This document shows, in pieces, positions 27,101 through 40,877 of a DNA stretch of 64,000 nucleotides. The position numbers and the translations under genes are program-made. This DNA comes from Chrysomallon squamiferum (Eukaryota; Animalia; Mollusca). Position 1 is the first letter of the stretch. The number at the start of each line of letters is the position of its first letter. The DNA lies in contig CM022670.1 in assembly GCA_012295275.1 (NCBI GenBank), forward strand, positions 33,418,001-33,482,000, written 5' to 3'. Below the pieces are notes generated by a model that ran no database searches, was not told the DNA's origin, and worked only from the letters and a program-made list of their open reading frames with translations.

Positions 27101-30100
27101 TTAAATAATGATCTACAGTTTTATGTTACAACACTAGGCCAGACAAGTAATTGAATTAAAGCATGGATGCCCATTAAAGTTTTCTCATTTATAACAGTTT
27201 TTCAAACAGATAAATACTAATGATATTTAACAAACACTGTTGAAAGAGGGTTACTGTTTTCAACAAATGTTTTATTCAGATGTTAAATGTGCCTGGCCTG
27301 AAGACAAAGTAAGTCGGAGACGCTTTGCTTTCTGTAGTAAAGTGGAAGGGTATGGGAGTGTGTGCAGTTGTGATGACCCCACCCCTATTGAGTTTAGTCC
27401 TGACCCTGTAAGTTTAACCTCCTTTGTAACTAAATGGCTTGAGCTCAATATAAAATATAACTTTATATTAATATTATGTTTACAAAATGTTTACAATAAT
27501 AAAAAATTAGTTTTTACAGATAAATATTGTTTTTTGTCAACAATGTATTTGTAATTTAATCTTATTTTTTGTTGTTTTATTTTTTGTAACCTTGTTTGAT
27601 TTTAAGAATATTTTTGTAATAATAAAATTTGTATTTTTATAATAATAAAATGTTATTTCAGTTGCCGAATAATGTAATAACAAACATTCCAATTGCTGTG
27701 ATAGCTAGTGACAGGCCACATTACTTATACAGGTTAGACAGGGTTTTTCTTCTTTCTTTTTTTAATTTGTTGTGTTATATAGTGATTTTCTCCCTCTAAA
27801 ATGTAAGTGTATATGTATCTACTTTAGAAGCATGCCTTACTTTGTGGGTTTTACTCAAGTCACTTTTCAGGAATTGTGGTGGTCAATTTATTGAAATTTA
27901 TGTTTGCCTGACATTCTCCATTGAACTAACTTTTATCAAACGTTAATGCCAATCATAGGGTTAGATTTTGCCTTTTTGCAGTTTAAAATAATGTTTTACA
28001 GTTATAATTTTGTTTACAACTACAGATATCACATAAATGATATTTTATACATTAAATATTGATAGAATGTTGCGACAGCTGCTGTCAACACCTGGTGCCA
28101 ACCCAAAGATGGTAACAGTATTTATAGACGGATATTTTGAGGTAATTACGTTTACAGAGTGTATGTATGTATAAAAACACACTAACATACATATTTCATC
28201 AATGCTTAGATATTAATTATCAAAACAGTGCAGTTGATTGATTTGAGAAAATATTTAATTTTATTAATTGTATAATGAGAGGTGGCAGATGAAAAAGATA
28301 TTTTTAATTAGAGATCCATTCTTGGTATCATCTTTTTATATTTTATATTTTTTTGTTTTAAATAATTAAATTAATGAAATATTTTGTATGCATTATTTAT
28401 AATTATATTATTTTATTTTTATATTTTGTTTTTGAAATATTAGAAAAGTATTTTAGAGTCTGCAAATAAAGAAACATGTATCTGTAATTATCTAATCATC
28501 CTGATTTAGTGCAGAAATAAAAATATAGTTAGTATTTATATGAATATAGTACATAGACAGACAGACATATATATATGATTACTGAGTGTCTGTTCTGCTG
28601 TCAGGAACCACTGGAGGTGACCAAGCTGTTCGGACTGCGAGGTATCCAGCACACTCCACTGGGTGTGAGGAATGCCAGAATCTCTCAACACTACAAAGCC
28701 AGTCTCACTGCCACATTCAACTTAAATCCAGTAAGTCAAACTGCCTCATTTATTTTATATTGCATTCACGAAAGTCACTTAATGCTTGTTTTAATGTTTC
28801 TGATTTTACTGTTTGAGGAAGAATTGCTGGGATGTAATAATATGTTTAAAATAATTCTTAAATATAAAAATGTTTTGCGATTTGGGTTGTTTATTTTAAA
28901 AATAGATACAGCAGTTTAAAAATACAAAATTAATTCTAATATGATCTTTTTTATATATTTAATTTCATATATTTTATTATAAAGTATTAAAATAGTTTAT
29001 TATGTACAGACAGCTCAGTATGCAATTGTGATAGAAGAGGATCTGGATGTCTCACCAGATTTTTTTAAGTAAGTGTTTTTCCCATATAATCACTTAAACA
29101 AAACAACAACCACAAATCTCTGAATTTATAAATATTTTATTCCATTTTACTCATTATTTTTATGATTTTTATTGTTGTTACTTTAAAAACATGAAAATCT
29201 GTCAAAATAATAATAATAATAATAAAAAAATATTCTGAATTTAAAATTAACATAGAGCACAAATATTCATATCAGACTGAGTAACTATATCTCTAGATTA
29301 TTTTACACACATCTTACACTTTTTAAATTTATTTTTATATAAAAATTGTTTTCTTTAGTTACTTCAGACAGACAAAATATTTGCTGGATGAGGATAACAG
29401 TATTTACTGTATTTCTGCCTGGAATGATCAGGTAATGGTTAATTAATTTTAGATAGTTACTGTTGTTTTTGAAAAATTTTGAAGTTTTCATCCATAGTCT
29501 TTTGTACTGTAGAAACTTTGAGAAATCATAATAACCTGGGACTGTGGAACACAAAATTACTGATAAACAATATGTATAAAAATATAATAAACTATATGCA
29601 AATGATAAAAACACTGTACAAATAAAATACACTATTAAGAAAAAAACATCCCTGTTTCATTACAGCATAACAGATTAATTACAATATTTAAAAACAATAT
29701 GAATATAACTGAATTAATTGTCCATTAATAACAATGTAGAAGACTAACAATAAACACTGTCTTCACTGAATGTTCTGATAGCAAATTAAAACTTAATTCT
29801 AGAATTTTGCCCTTTTAATTTAATTAACATAATCTTCCTGCCATTCATCCATCTCTGCTGTAACTCAGTGACATTCTGTGATTTTGAATTTTTTTAATCA
29901 GGGTTATGACCACTCGTGTCAGAACGAGACACTGTTGTACAGAGTGGAGACAATGCCAGGTCTGGGTTGGATGTTGACAAGAAAACTTTATAAAGAAGAA
30001 CTTGAGCCACAGTGGCCGTCTCCAGAAAAGGTAAGTTTTGTCTTTGTGTATAGCATTCCTTTTGTGTATCTTCCATGTATATAGATTTTCTATTGTTCTT

Positions 30101-32526
30101 TCAAATGATTTTGCTTAATTTTTCTTCTTTATTTAAATAATGAAATAACCAAAAAATTCTTAATTTAGCTGATATGTAAAAACATCTTCATTTAATTACC
30201 TTAATGTAGATTTTTTAACAAGCTGAATGTGTAAAATATTTTACCCAAATCGTTGATTGCATTTGCTTTCTTTCTGCCTTCTGAATTAGTGTCTGTTATC
30301 AATCTAAGTATGATTTGTGTTGTCCTTGAATTACCTAGAATAAAAATATTTCTACATGTGAATTAATAAAATGTTAATTTTCAGCAATGGGACTGGGATA
30401 TGTGGATGAGATCACATTTAATTCGTAAGAACCGAGAATGCATCATTCCAGACATCTCGCGTACTTACCACTTTGGTTCAAAGGGTCTAAACATGAACCC
30501 GTATTTCCAAGAAGTTTACTTTCAAAAGCATTCCTTTGTCAGCTCATCAAATATCAAACTGACAGATGTGGAAAGGTATTGCTATTGGCTCACTTTTAAT
30601 CTTTTCTGGCATAAAGTTTATTTTAGTATTCTAATTCCTGTTTCTGTTGTTACAGTTAAAACAGTTTTATTATTTTAATTATTAAAAACAAAAACTGTTG
30701 GCCAAATGACTCATTTTCATTTTTTTACAATTTATTTATTTATTAGGAATTTTCTTATAAAATATGATAAAGATAATTTCTCCTTTCTCCATTTTGTATT
30801 TTTATTTAACTCTTTCCCCTTCTTGTCTTGATTATGGAGTTCTTATGTTGATATGAAAAACTCAGATTTATTTAACTACTATTTATAAAATAAAATAAGT
30901 AATGTTAAAGTATATCTTATATGACATTTATGATTCTTGCCTTATATTTTCTAATTATTGTGAAGATTTTTCTTTACCATCCTTTGACATCTAATATTTT
31001 TTTCAGTTTTTTTATTCTGGGAGGTGTGTTAGTAAATATTAATTCATTCATTATATTTTCAGTTTGAAGAAAGACAAGTATGAGGTGGTTGTAAAAGATC
31101 TCATTAAATCAGCTCAGGTGCTAAATCACAAAGTATCAGCTTGTAGTGACACCTTTATTCCAAACACCAAGGTTTGCTGTTTTCTTTGATAACACGCTAA
31201 ACCGTTACCTTTTATTAAGAAACCATTGAATATTATAATCTTTCATTTACATTTTTCTTTCACACCAGACTTTAGCTTTCTTGCAATTTGCCCAAGATAA
31301 TATTACCAGATAATAATATGCTGATGTTACTGCCTCAGTGCTGATTAGTCAGCTCAAAGATAACTAAATCATTCAAAGTAAATGTAAGTTAAATTAGCAA
31401 ATCAAAAATTTAATACTAGTAAGAATGAACAAATTATACACAGAATTTAATTTTGCTAGAAAAATATTAAAAAAAAAAAAAAAATATTACTTTATTTCAT
31501 TTACAGATCTGAATGTAATATGAAATCATTGTCTGATGTGTTTTATGTGACAGATTTGATTTGTTTGTTTGTTTGTTTCAGGATAAGGTGTATGTTATGT
31601 ATATAACAATGAACTCCCCTACAGATTACACTACTTGGAAAGCTGTAGCAAAAGTGAGTTTTAGAAATCATTTCAGAGACGTAATTTAACATTATTTTAT
31701 TTTCTTCTAATTACATTTGTTCATTACAGTATGTCTCAAATTTCTGTTTTTATGATGAAACTTTCTATAATTGTAGTAACATATTTGTGATAATGGGCTG
31801 TTGATTACATTTCAGTTTATTAGGCTTTATATAAAAACATTTCATTTTCAGGTTGTTGTTTTTTGCTGAATTTTCATTTTGTTTGTATACTTTAATTTGT
31901 TATTCTTATTTATTGTACATTTCAGTGTTATCATCTGTGGGATTTAGATGTTCGAGGATTTCATAAAGTAAGTAATATTCATGTCTGAATAACAAATCTT
32001 TAAAATGTTTTTTTGATGTTTTTAATCTATTTTGTAATCATAGTCTGTGAAGCATTAATATATTTTATTTTATTTTATTTTATTTTATTTTATTTTATTT
32101 TTATTATTATTATTATTTTTATTATTATTATTATTTTAGTGATTTATTAATAAAGATTTATGAAATCATTTTATTTTTATATTTTCAGAGTATGTGGAGA
32201 TTGTTTTTGAAAAAAAATCATATCTTTATCATAGGCTGCCCGGCATCTCCATATTCGTAAGTTTTTCTACTCAGATTTCATACATATTTGATCACTTTCA
32301 TATTAACATATATTTGTTCTTAGATTTCTTTATTATTGTAGCAGTAGTATTTTTTATTTTTTCTACAAATTAAAATAAACATATTTAGAAAACAAATTTT
32401 TTACAATTATTTAATTTCTGTCACTGTCTAATTTTTACAAAATTGTTTTTGATTTCTGTGTTTTTCAGGGAATTCAAACCAGCGAATGTTTTACCTATAT
32501 ATCTGAACACAACTGTTCATACATAG
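20766..32526 (+). CDS. POMGNT1: Protein O-linked-mannose beta-1,2-N-acetylglucosaminyltransferase 1 (GT13 family, type II Golgi membrane protein), ~635 aa
   Basis: 20 phase-consistent exons: 20766-20885, 21434-21536, 24759-24844, 25155-25220, 25542-25655, 25997-26114, 26501-26599, 27280-27407, 27662-27732, 28066-28141, 28605-28730, 29010-29068, 29359-29431, 29902-30030, 30385-30575, 31063-31171, 31582-31653, 31926-31967, 32189-32256, 32469-32526 (TAG); total 1908 nt. Motifs: MDSWVPNP start, TM segment [19 protein letters not shown], stem lectin domain [10 protein letters not shown]...[23 protein letters not shown], catalytic [56 protein letters not shown]. Confidence 0.96.
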
Positions 32527-35347
32527 CACAGGAAGAAAGTGAAAGCACAGCTCAAACAATCTGTGATGAATTTTTTAACTTGTGTGCGTGTGTGTGTGTC
32601 TATGCATGTCTCTATGTGTGTGTGAGTGTGTGTGCATGCATGCATGCATGTATGTGTATGTGTGTGTGTTTGTGTGCATACATGAAAGCATGCATGTCTG
32701 TGTCTAATCTCACAATTGTGCAGTCTTGTACATTATGCAAATGAAAATATCAGCAGATGCTGTTACTTGTGAATTTTTCAGAGCATATCACGTTAATTTT
32801 AAAAGAAAAATTTACTAAGTATAACGTATCCAGTTTTTTTTTATACATGTATGTATTTTTTGACAATATAATTTTAAGTTTTAGAAGTTTAACTGTAACA
32901 ATTAAACAGTACTGTTAACATTATTGTATCTAATATACTGGAAAAGAAAGAATTTAAATATTTTACTTAATTTTATAAAATTCTGCCTGTTTTACCTCAA
33001 ACTTGTTTACAAATTTGTTTCTATTTTAATTCATCATTAACTAACAGAATTATTGAAATTATAATATATACCTACAATTTAAATATGTGTAATTAAATTT
33101 ATTTGTAAATCACTGAAAAATATTTTCACAATTTTGAAATAAATCATTGATACGGAGGTAATTTTCTATTCATTTTTTAAAAGATTTCTTATATTCTTTG
33201 GAAATCAGGATTTTGTATGTTCAGCAGAATGTATTTTGATAAGGTACAAGCAAGGTGTATCTCCATGGTACACATATTAGCCTTATTGGTAACCTACATG
33301 TTGTGATTATTCTGCAAATAATAAAGAAGTTACAGACCCAAGGAGATTCATATAAATTTACAGCTTTATTACTTTTACCAGTTTTAATTGGCATACTAGA
33401 CTGTTTGTGCAGAAAACAAGAATCACCAAAAAATGTTATAATTTGAATCTTTCTTTACTATTCATTGTTTATTGTATATTTGTAGTATAGTTTAAATAGT
33501 GAATGGAGAATTTTGAAACCTAGATCACCTCTGCACCTAAACTTGCCAAATAAATGGTCTGGTACCTGTAGCAGTTTAGGGAAAATGTCTGGGCATTTTT
33601 GAATTTCTACAGTTTTTATGAAGCTGTTAATTTGTTTTGGTTTTTTATACAAATGTTTAAAAACTTTTCTTAAGTACTAGATGCTGGGTCATAATTTCTT
33701 AAATGGTCTCCAAGTTTTTGTAAAGATCTCTACAATTTCTATAAGGATAATTATTATGTTAACTATTTTTGATAACAGAATTAATAGAAAATCATTTTTC
33801 TCAGGGATTTAGTTCTTAAAAATAGTTAAAATATATTACTTTAGCAGAAGTAATAATTTGCTGTTTAGATATTTAATAATTTGATCTGTATAATTATATT
33901 ATAATTTACATGTATCAACATGTTCAATACTTTTTAAGTCACTATTTAAAATCAATGTATTTGTTGCAATATATTTGGGTATGTGCAAGTACTTATTGTG
34001 TGTGTGTGTGTGTGTGTGTGTGTGCACGTGTGAGTGTGCGAGTGAGTGAGTGCACATGCATGTGTGTACCTGGATATGTGAGTATGTGCATCTGCATGGG
34101 TTTTCTTGCATTTTATGCAGTTCAGAAGTCCAACAGTTGACATTTTCATTAAATCATTTTAAAATATAAAAATAAATCGTTTCAAATGGATGATTAATAG
34201 TTTCATGTTTTATTATTTTAAATAAGACACATCAGCCTTTTTCCGTCCATGTTACATCCAGACTAGGAGGAATTTATTTGTTTATCAACCAACTTTTATT
34301 TCTGATCTATGTCAACAGTGGAATTAGTCTCGATGATTTGTTGTTGTTTTTTTCTATCAGAGAAACTGGTGGAGTTGATAAAAATTGTTTTTATTTCTGG
34401 TCAGTATGGTAATTAATCATTATAAGATAGCACAAAAAAAAGTCTCTGATCAATTGTTTATTTTTTACAGTTTATTTATTTATTTTTTTTTTGTTGTAAT
34501 AAACAGTTTATGTCAAGTTATGGATGAACCAAAAAAGCATATTGTATACTGTTGTTTATAATTTTAAAGAGAAAAAATAACCCCATCAAATCTTATATAT
34601 AATACTATTATTATTCTGTTTGTCATTATTATTATTACTGATATAAAATTTTAAAATATTTTTACAGATTTAATAATAATAACAGATATTTAAGTATACT
34701 AATGAATGGAATACTGAGTCCAAAAATACATCAACTATTAGACTTATGTATGTTAATGATACAAATAAAAACATTTTTTTTTTTTTTTTATTAATATACG
34801 TATTTATGTTGTGAATTTAGACTGTACTTACATTCTAAAATTATGTTAAATAATTTATATAAACTTTATATAAAATTTATATAAACAATTTTCACCAGAT
34901 ACATTAATCCAAGTTAAAACAGAAAAAGGCCATTCAACACTTACAACTTGTACATAAATAAAATTCCTAAGTGCAGTATATTCTTTATATTGTATATGTT
35001 GACGATTATCTATATATGTTGAATATAAATTATATAATTACAATTGTAATGTGTTGTAAACAGAATCATAATGATTGGTATTTTATATCATGAGTAAGTT
35101 AAAGTTGTTTTTATCAGCATATCCACTTTCATTTATGTAATTCACATTATTTGTTTGATTATCCATGGTCAGTATGCTTCAGTTGCATGCAAAACTGGAT
35201 GGATCTATTTATTTCCTTAAAAAAGTAATATTTCAAGAAGTAGCAATGTTGTAAACCTGTCTGTATTATGTTATCAGTCTCTCTGTCTTGTTCCTGTCTC
35301 TCTCCCCCCCCACTGTATTTTAAGTACATCTGATTATCATTGCTGTA

Positions 35348-35353
35348 AATAAA
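35348..35353 (+). terminator. Candidate polyadenylation signal of POMGNT1
   Basis: AATAAA followed by T-rich downstream sequence about 2.8 kb after the stop codon. Other AATAAA hexamers exist, so the assignment is tentative. Confidence 0.35.
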
Positions 35354-36990
35354 GTTTTATCTATATGTTATTTTCTATATCTCTATTTTATTTATATTTT
35401 GATTTTAACATTTTGTAGAATAACAAATGGGAAAATATCCTTTCAGAATGAATTTACAAATATTTGTTTTATAACTAAATATTAATATTGAGGATGCCAA
35501 GTGATTGTTTTTCTTTTTGTTTTTGCTATTTTTTTCATTATTATATTTTAATTTTATTTTGTTTGATTTGTTTTAAATATTTTTTATTTGTACTTTGTCT
35601 CTCTAACTGTATACTATTTCTGATAATTTTTCAGGGGTTTTTTTTGCTTTCATTTGTATAAACTTATCAAATATCATAAATTTTCATTTTGTCTGTATTA
35701 TCCTCTCTCATGCTCGCTCGCTCTCGCTCTCTCTCTGTCTCTGTCTCTCTTTCTCTCTCTCTCTCGTTATTTTCTTTCCTAGAAGCATATATTTGATATC
35801 ACTTCATTTTATAAAACTTTACTTTGTACTGCTTTTTAATTCCTGTTTTCCTATTTGCTCATTTTTGTTTCTACAGGATATTTTTGTATTTTTCAGTTTT
35901 TAGATGAATAAACTAGTCATTCCGCTTTTTATATTATTGCTTATACTACAGGAAAGATATATATTTATTTATGTAAAACAAAACCAAGAAATAAACATTT
36001 ATGATAAATACTAGTACTGTTTTTCTTTACAAGTTCATTCTTTAATAATATTATCACCATCATTTTCATCTTCTGAAGATGTTTTTAATCAGAATTCCCT
36101 GCATTAGTGACTCATCAACTTTTTTGAACTTCATTTATCATCTGGAGTTACTTACCATAAATCTTGCAATTGTTTATCTTTACAAAACAAATTCAGTTGA
36201 AGCCATCCAGCATTTCCTTATTTCAGTTTTTAATTTTTTTTTATCTTTATCTTTGTTTATTACATTTTTTTTAATTTTTTTTTTGAGTATAACTTCATAT
36301 CTTGGTTTCCACATATTAGAATAAATTTTGTAAAATTATAATAAATAAATAAATTTAAAAAAATAAGGATAATTTTTTTTTTTTTTTTTTTAGCAGAAAA
36401 AGTTGAAGAAACTAGCAAAGATCATAACAAAAACAAAGTTATAATAAGCAGAAGGCAAAGTATTACCAAAAACATTAATGTATTATAAATTAATTGATAT
36501 GTGTAGGTGTGGAAAAACAAAAACAACTTCATTAGACAATACTTGTATTTAAAAACGAGTCTTAAAATAATAAGAAAAACTAAAATATTATAAAGGGCTG
36601 CTGTTTATATTTTTCTGACATTCTTTTCATTTTAAACCTACTAGTATTACGTAACACAGCTTTTAACAAGCAAACATTAAGTCAGTGAGTACAGTCAAAA
36701 CAAACGAAGCCATACCTAAACATTCTTCTGAATCAGTGTTAAAAAGATGTGCAAAAAAAAACACTGTAATTAACCAAGAAACAGTTTATCAAGTAACAAT
36801 AGTAATTAATAAAACTGCATACATAAACAGCATAAAGTCTCAAATTGTTTACGTAATTTGAGTAAAATTGAAATACGAATTTATACACGATTTGCTTAGC
36901 GAATTTTAAAATACTGTATATAAGCTGGTATAGGTGGAATCAGTGCCTATTATTTATTTATTTTTTATTATTATTTTTATTTATTTATGA

Positions 36991-37954
36991 CAGTGGTTCT
37001 GAGATACATGCTTAGGTGTGCCTCACGACTAGGGTCTAGGTAGATATTTGTCATGATAAAAAATTGATTATGTTAAGAGCGGAAAGATATCCAGTAAGAA
37101 ATAGCTGGTTGCCCAGAAGAAGATTTTATACACGTTGCAAACTCGTTCGAAATGAGTTTTCGCTGATGAGCAAGCGCGGCTTCTCAAGGCTGCGCAGTAG
37201 TTTACCAGTGACAGTGTGAGTGATAGGGTGCGCAAGTGTGATACATAGCCAAAGTTTTCTTGTGACACATATTCCTATCACTGTCACAGTCACTACCCAT
37301 CTAAAACTTTAATACTTTATGGAATTTTAGCCTATTACAGTGTTACATTTGTTAAAAGCAAACAATTGATAAAAGTTTTCCCTCACTGCACAAGGTACAC
37401 CATTAAAAATATAGCCTTGTACAGTTTTTTGACATTTTAACAGTCAATTGCTTTGTATTTCATATCAGTGAACATCTCTCACACAAGGACGGTAACTAAA
37501 TTGATCAGTGAACATCTCTCACACAAGGACGGTAACTCTAAATATATCAGTGAACACCTCTCACACAAGAGCGGTAACTCTAAATATGTCAGTGAACATT
37601 TCTCACAGAAGAGCGGTAACTCTAAATGTATCAGTGAACATCTCTCACACAAGAGCGGTAACTCTAAATGTATCAGTGAACATCTCTCACAGAAGAACAA
37701 CAAACGGTACAGATTCCAGACGAGAACCGTTTATACGCGAAATGATGAAGAATCTGACATAGATGCAGACAATGAGGATAGACAACCTCAGCAGTCTGCT
37801 CTGCAACCGATTCAGCCGCAATATCTTTCTTTCAGTTATTTCTGTATTTATTTACATTTTGCATTATATTTCTTAGCATTTTGTGTGTAGTGTGCCTGCA
37901 ATTTTTTGTAAATCTTCAAATGTGCCTCTACTTCAGAAAGTTTGAGAACCACAT
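36991..37954 (+). mobile_element. Non-autonomous hAT (Charlie-like) DNA transposon, copy 2
   Basis: Starts CAGTGGTTCT (followed by a ~30-bp deletion relative to copy 1) and ends TTTGAGAACCAC. Degenerate 8-bp TSD atttatga/ttttacga. Colinear with 14620-15683 apart from an internal ~90-bp deletion. Confidence 0.88.
37461..37695 (+). repeat. 42-bp tandem repeat (~5.5 units) inside hAT copy 2
   Basis: Unit tatcagtgaacatctctcacacaagagcggtaactctaaatg/ta. Confidence 0.9.
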
Positions 37955-38187
37955 TTTTACGAAAACATTATTTCTTCTGCATCAAAGCCTTAATATTCTG
38001 CAGTTACGTCCCTTTGATCCAACGTACAAAACTAGTACACAATTCGTTTTATTTTCACCAGACTTGTATGGTTATATTCATTAACGTTTTTCATAAAGCA
38101 GGTTGAATTTTATTTAATAATTTACTAAATTTGCATGCAAGGTTTCGTGGCAGTCGACATTAATAGATTCATAAAATGTTCTTCTTA

Positions 38188-38230
<43 letters not shown>

Positions 38231-39327
38231 TATTGCTGTTGTTATATTAGAAAAAATGCAGTAATACTAATTAATACTAATTATCTTAAGACGTATATAT
38301 TTTTATTTCACTCCAGGCAAACCCCTCTTATGTAGAAAATACCTTTATATCCGTTATATTTCAAGGGCTCTCGAAATCAAATCTGATTTGTTATATTCTG
38401 GGCATTGTTGTCAGTGTACCTAACATAATGTATTATAGGGCTGATATCTCAAGGCTTTATTCACGACTTACGTAATATTTCTGTACTGCCAACAGCAATA
38501 ACCAGTAGTGCAGGCTTATCCTACCCTAGGGTTAATTTTTTTTTTTAATTATTAGGTTAGAATCATGTAAAACAGGACGTATATATTCAAACAACCAAAC
38601 AGACAATAGCATCAGTAGAAGTAGTGGTGGTGAAGGTGATGAGGGGTATCAAAGCAGCAGCAACAGTAGTAGTAGTAGTAATAAAAGTAATAGTAACAGT
38701 AGCATCAGAAGCAGTAGCAATAGTAGTTGCTCTTATTGAAGAAAAAAAATAAATGTAATAAACATATTTAAAAGGAAGGAAAGAGAGAGAATTTAAATGG
38801 AAGCAGATATATATGTATACTTTATTTTGTATATTCTTCAATGATAATCTTGTTATGCCTTACTTATAATATGAATAAATAAATAAAGAAATAGCCTGCC
38901 TGTTTCGACATCATTTCAGTTCGTATACGATACACATAATAAAACATTCGTGGCTCTTTGTGAATAACACCCCGATAAGCTAAACATTACAAACTGAGCG
39001 GGTAGGAAAGAAAAGAACATGAACAGTGTGTATATGACATAAATATGCCATTTTACATACGCAGTGTTTGTGTTAGAAAGCGGGACTCGGTAATAAACAT
39101 ACGAGACGCCAGTTCGCCAAACAACACAAGCATGTCCCCGCATTCTGTAAAGAAGAGGATATGCTTACTGAACTTCACTGCCCTATGGTATTAATGACTG
39201 TAAAGTATTATTATACTTATGCCAAATTCCTTGCATTTATTTTCTTAAGGGGAAACAGAAGAAGAAGAAATCGGAGAGAAAAAAATAGACATCCTGTTAC
39301 AAACAATACTAGTACTCATCCAGTCAG

Positions 39328-39376
<49 letters not shown>

Positions 39377-39775
39377 CACACATATATGAATCTTCTCTTT
39401 GTCTCTCTTCTATTCTGATAAACTGTTTGTCTGTTCAGTCCTGTGGTTGTTGTTGTGGTGATTGTCTGGTTGACTGTGGTTGAGGTTTTGATTAGTTGGT
39501 GGTTGTGACTGGCTGGTTGTTTAGCATGCAGACAATTTGTTAAATAGGGAGAAATAAGAGATAAAAATATATACATCTGAGAAAGAGAAGAGGAGAAAGA
39601 AAAAAGAGAGTGTGATAGAAAGACAAATATAGAAGAAAAATAGAAGAAAAAATGAAAAAATAAACAGAAGAGAGAGAAAAAAAAAGCGATAAGCGACAAA
39701 GAAGGAATAAGAATAGAAGAGGATGAAAGAGAAGAGAGATTGATATAGAAAATAGAGAACGAGAGTCTAAATATA

Positions 39776-39806
<31 letters not shown>

Positions 39807-40846
39807 GTGAATAGATAGTACACCGAGAAAGGAACAAAGAAGAAATCTCAAACAGGAAAGAGATAATAAAATTAATTTATGAGAAATTATAAACTTAGAA
39901 CACAAACGACATTATCTTCGAACAATAGTAAACATACTTTTACAATCGAACATTTAATATAAGCATTCTGTTGAAGTGCAATAAAATATTTTATTTCATT
40001 TTTACGGTTGCATTGTCTGTAAATATTAAATACCTTCTGAAGGTAACATTTCACATGCAGCGAAAGGGTGATACCAGAAACCATGACGATAACCGAGAAT
40101 AATTTCTCATTGCTGTTGGTAACATTGATTCAGAGCTTTTAAAACAAGGACAGCATGCTGTTTGGCAGGAAACGCTGATGTTAAAGACAATAAAAGTAAA
40201 TTCTTGTGACAAGATTGTTTTTATGAACCCTCATACGTGATTTGAGCCTGCTTTAATTTTTACTTTCCAGACTTTAATAATGTTGGAAATACGAAAATAA
40301 ATTTGTAAGATTTGTTTTCTCTGTCTCGCTTCTTTTTATTCTTATTCTTATTTCTTTTCTTTTCTTTTCTTTTATCTTTCTTTGTTTCAAGTACTGTTCG
40401 TTTCTTTTGTTGTTGTTGTTGTTGTTTGTTTGGGGTTTTTTTGGGGGGGGTTTACATGCTTTATTTTCTTCTTTTTCCTTTTCTCTCTCTTTCTTGATTC
40501 TTTTATTTTTAATTTTCTCATTTTACTTTTCTCTTTCTTTCTTTCTTTCTTTTCTCTTGTCTTTTCATTTTTTCTTCTTCTCTTTTTCTTCTTTTTTTTT
40601 TTTTTTCTGAATATTTCGACTGGTATTTAAATATGACGATTTTGTTGAATTTGTCGCTTAATAACGAAGGTTATTCTAAGTATGTGATCTTCGATGAAGA
40701 CAATATTTGTGTGAAGCGTAACAACTGAAAACTCTTGTGTAATATTTTCCGTGCTCCTTGCAGGGCAATTTGTACAAACTCAGATTTATTAAAGAAACCA
40801 TGAAAATTAATTATTGTTTCAATAAGTTTTAAAATAGCCTAATTAT

Positions 40847-40877
<31 letters not shown>

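Noticed and set aside
37453-37890. 145-aa ORF as a functional gene
   Set aside because: It arises from the 42-bp array (a multiple of 3), starts at a non-ATG codon, and the homologous frame in copy 1 is disrupted.
14620-37954. Composite transposon that carried POMGNT1 to this locus
   Set aside because: The outer flanks (ttgtaggt vs ttttacga) do not match, and each copy has its own TSD.
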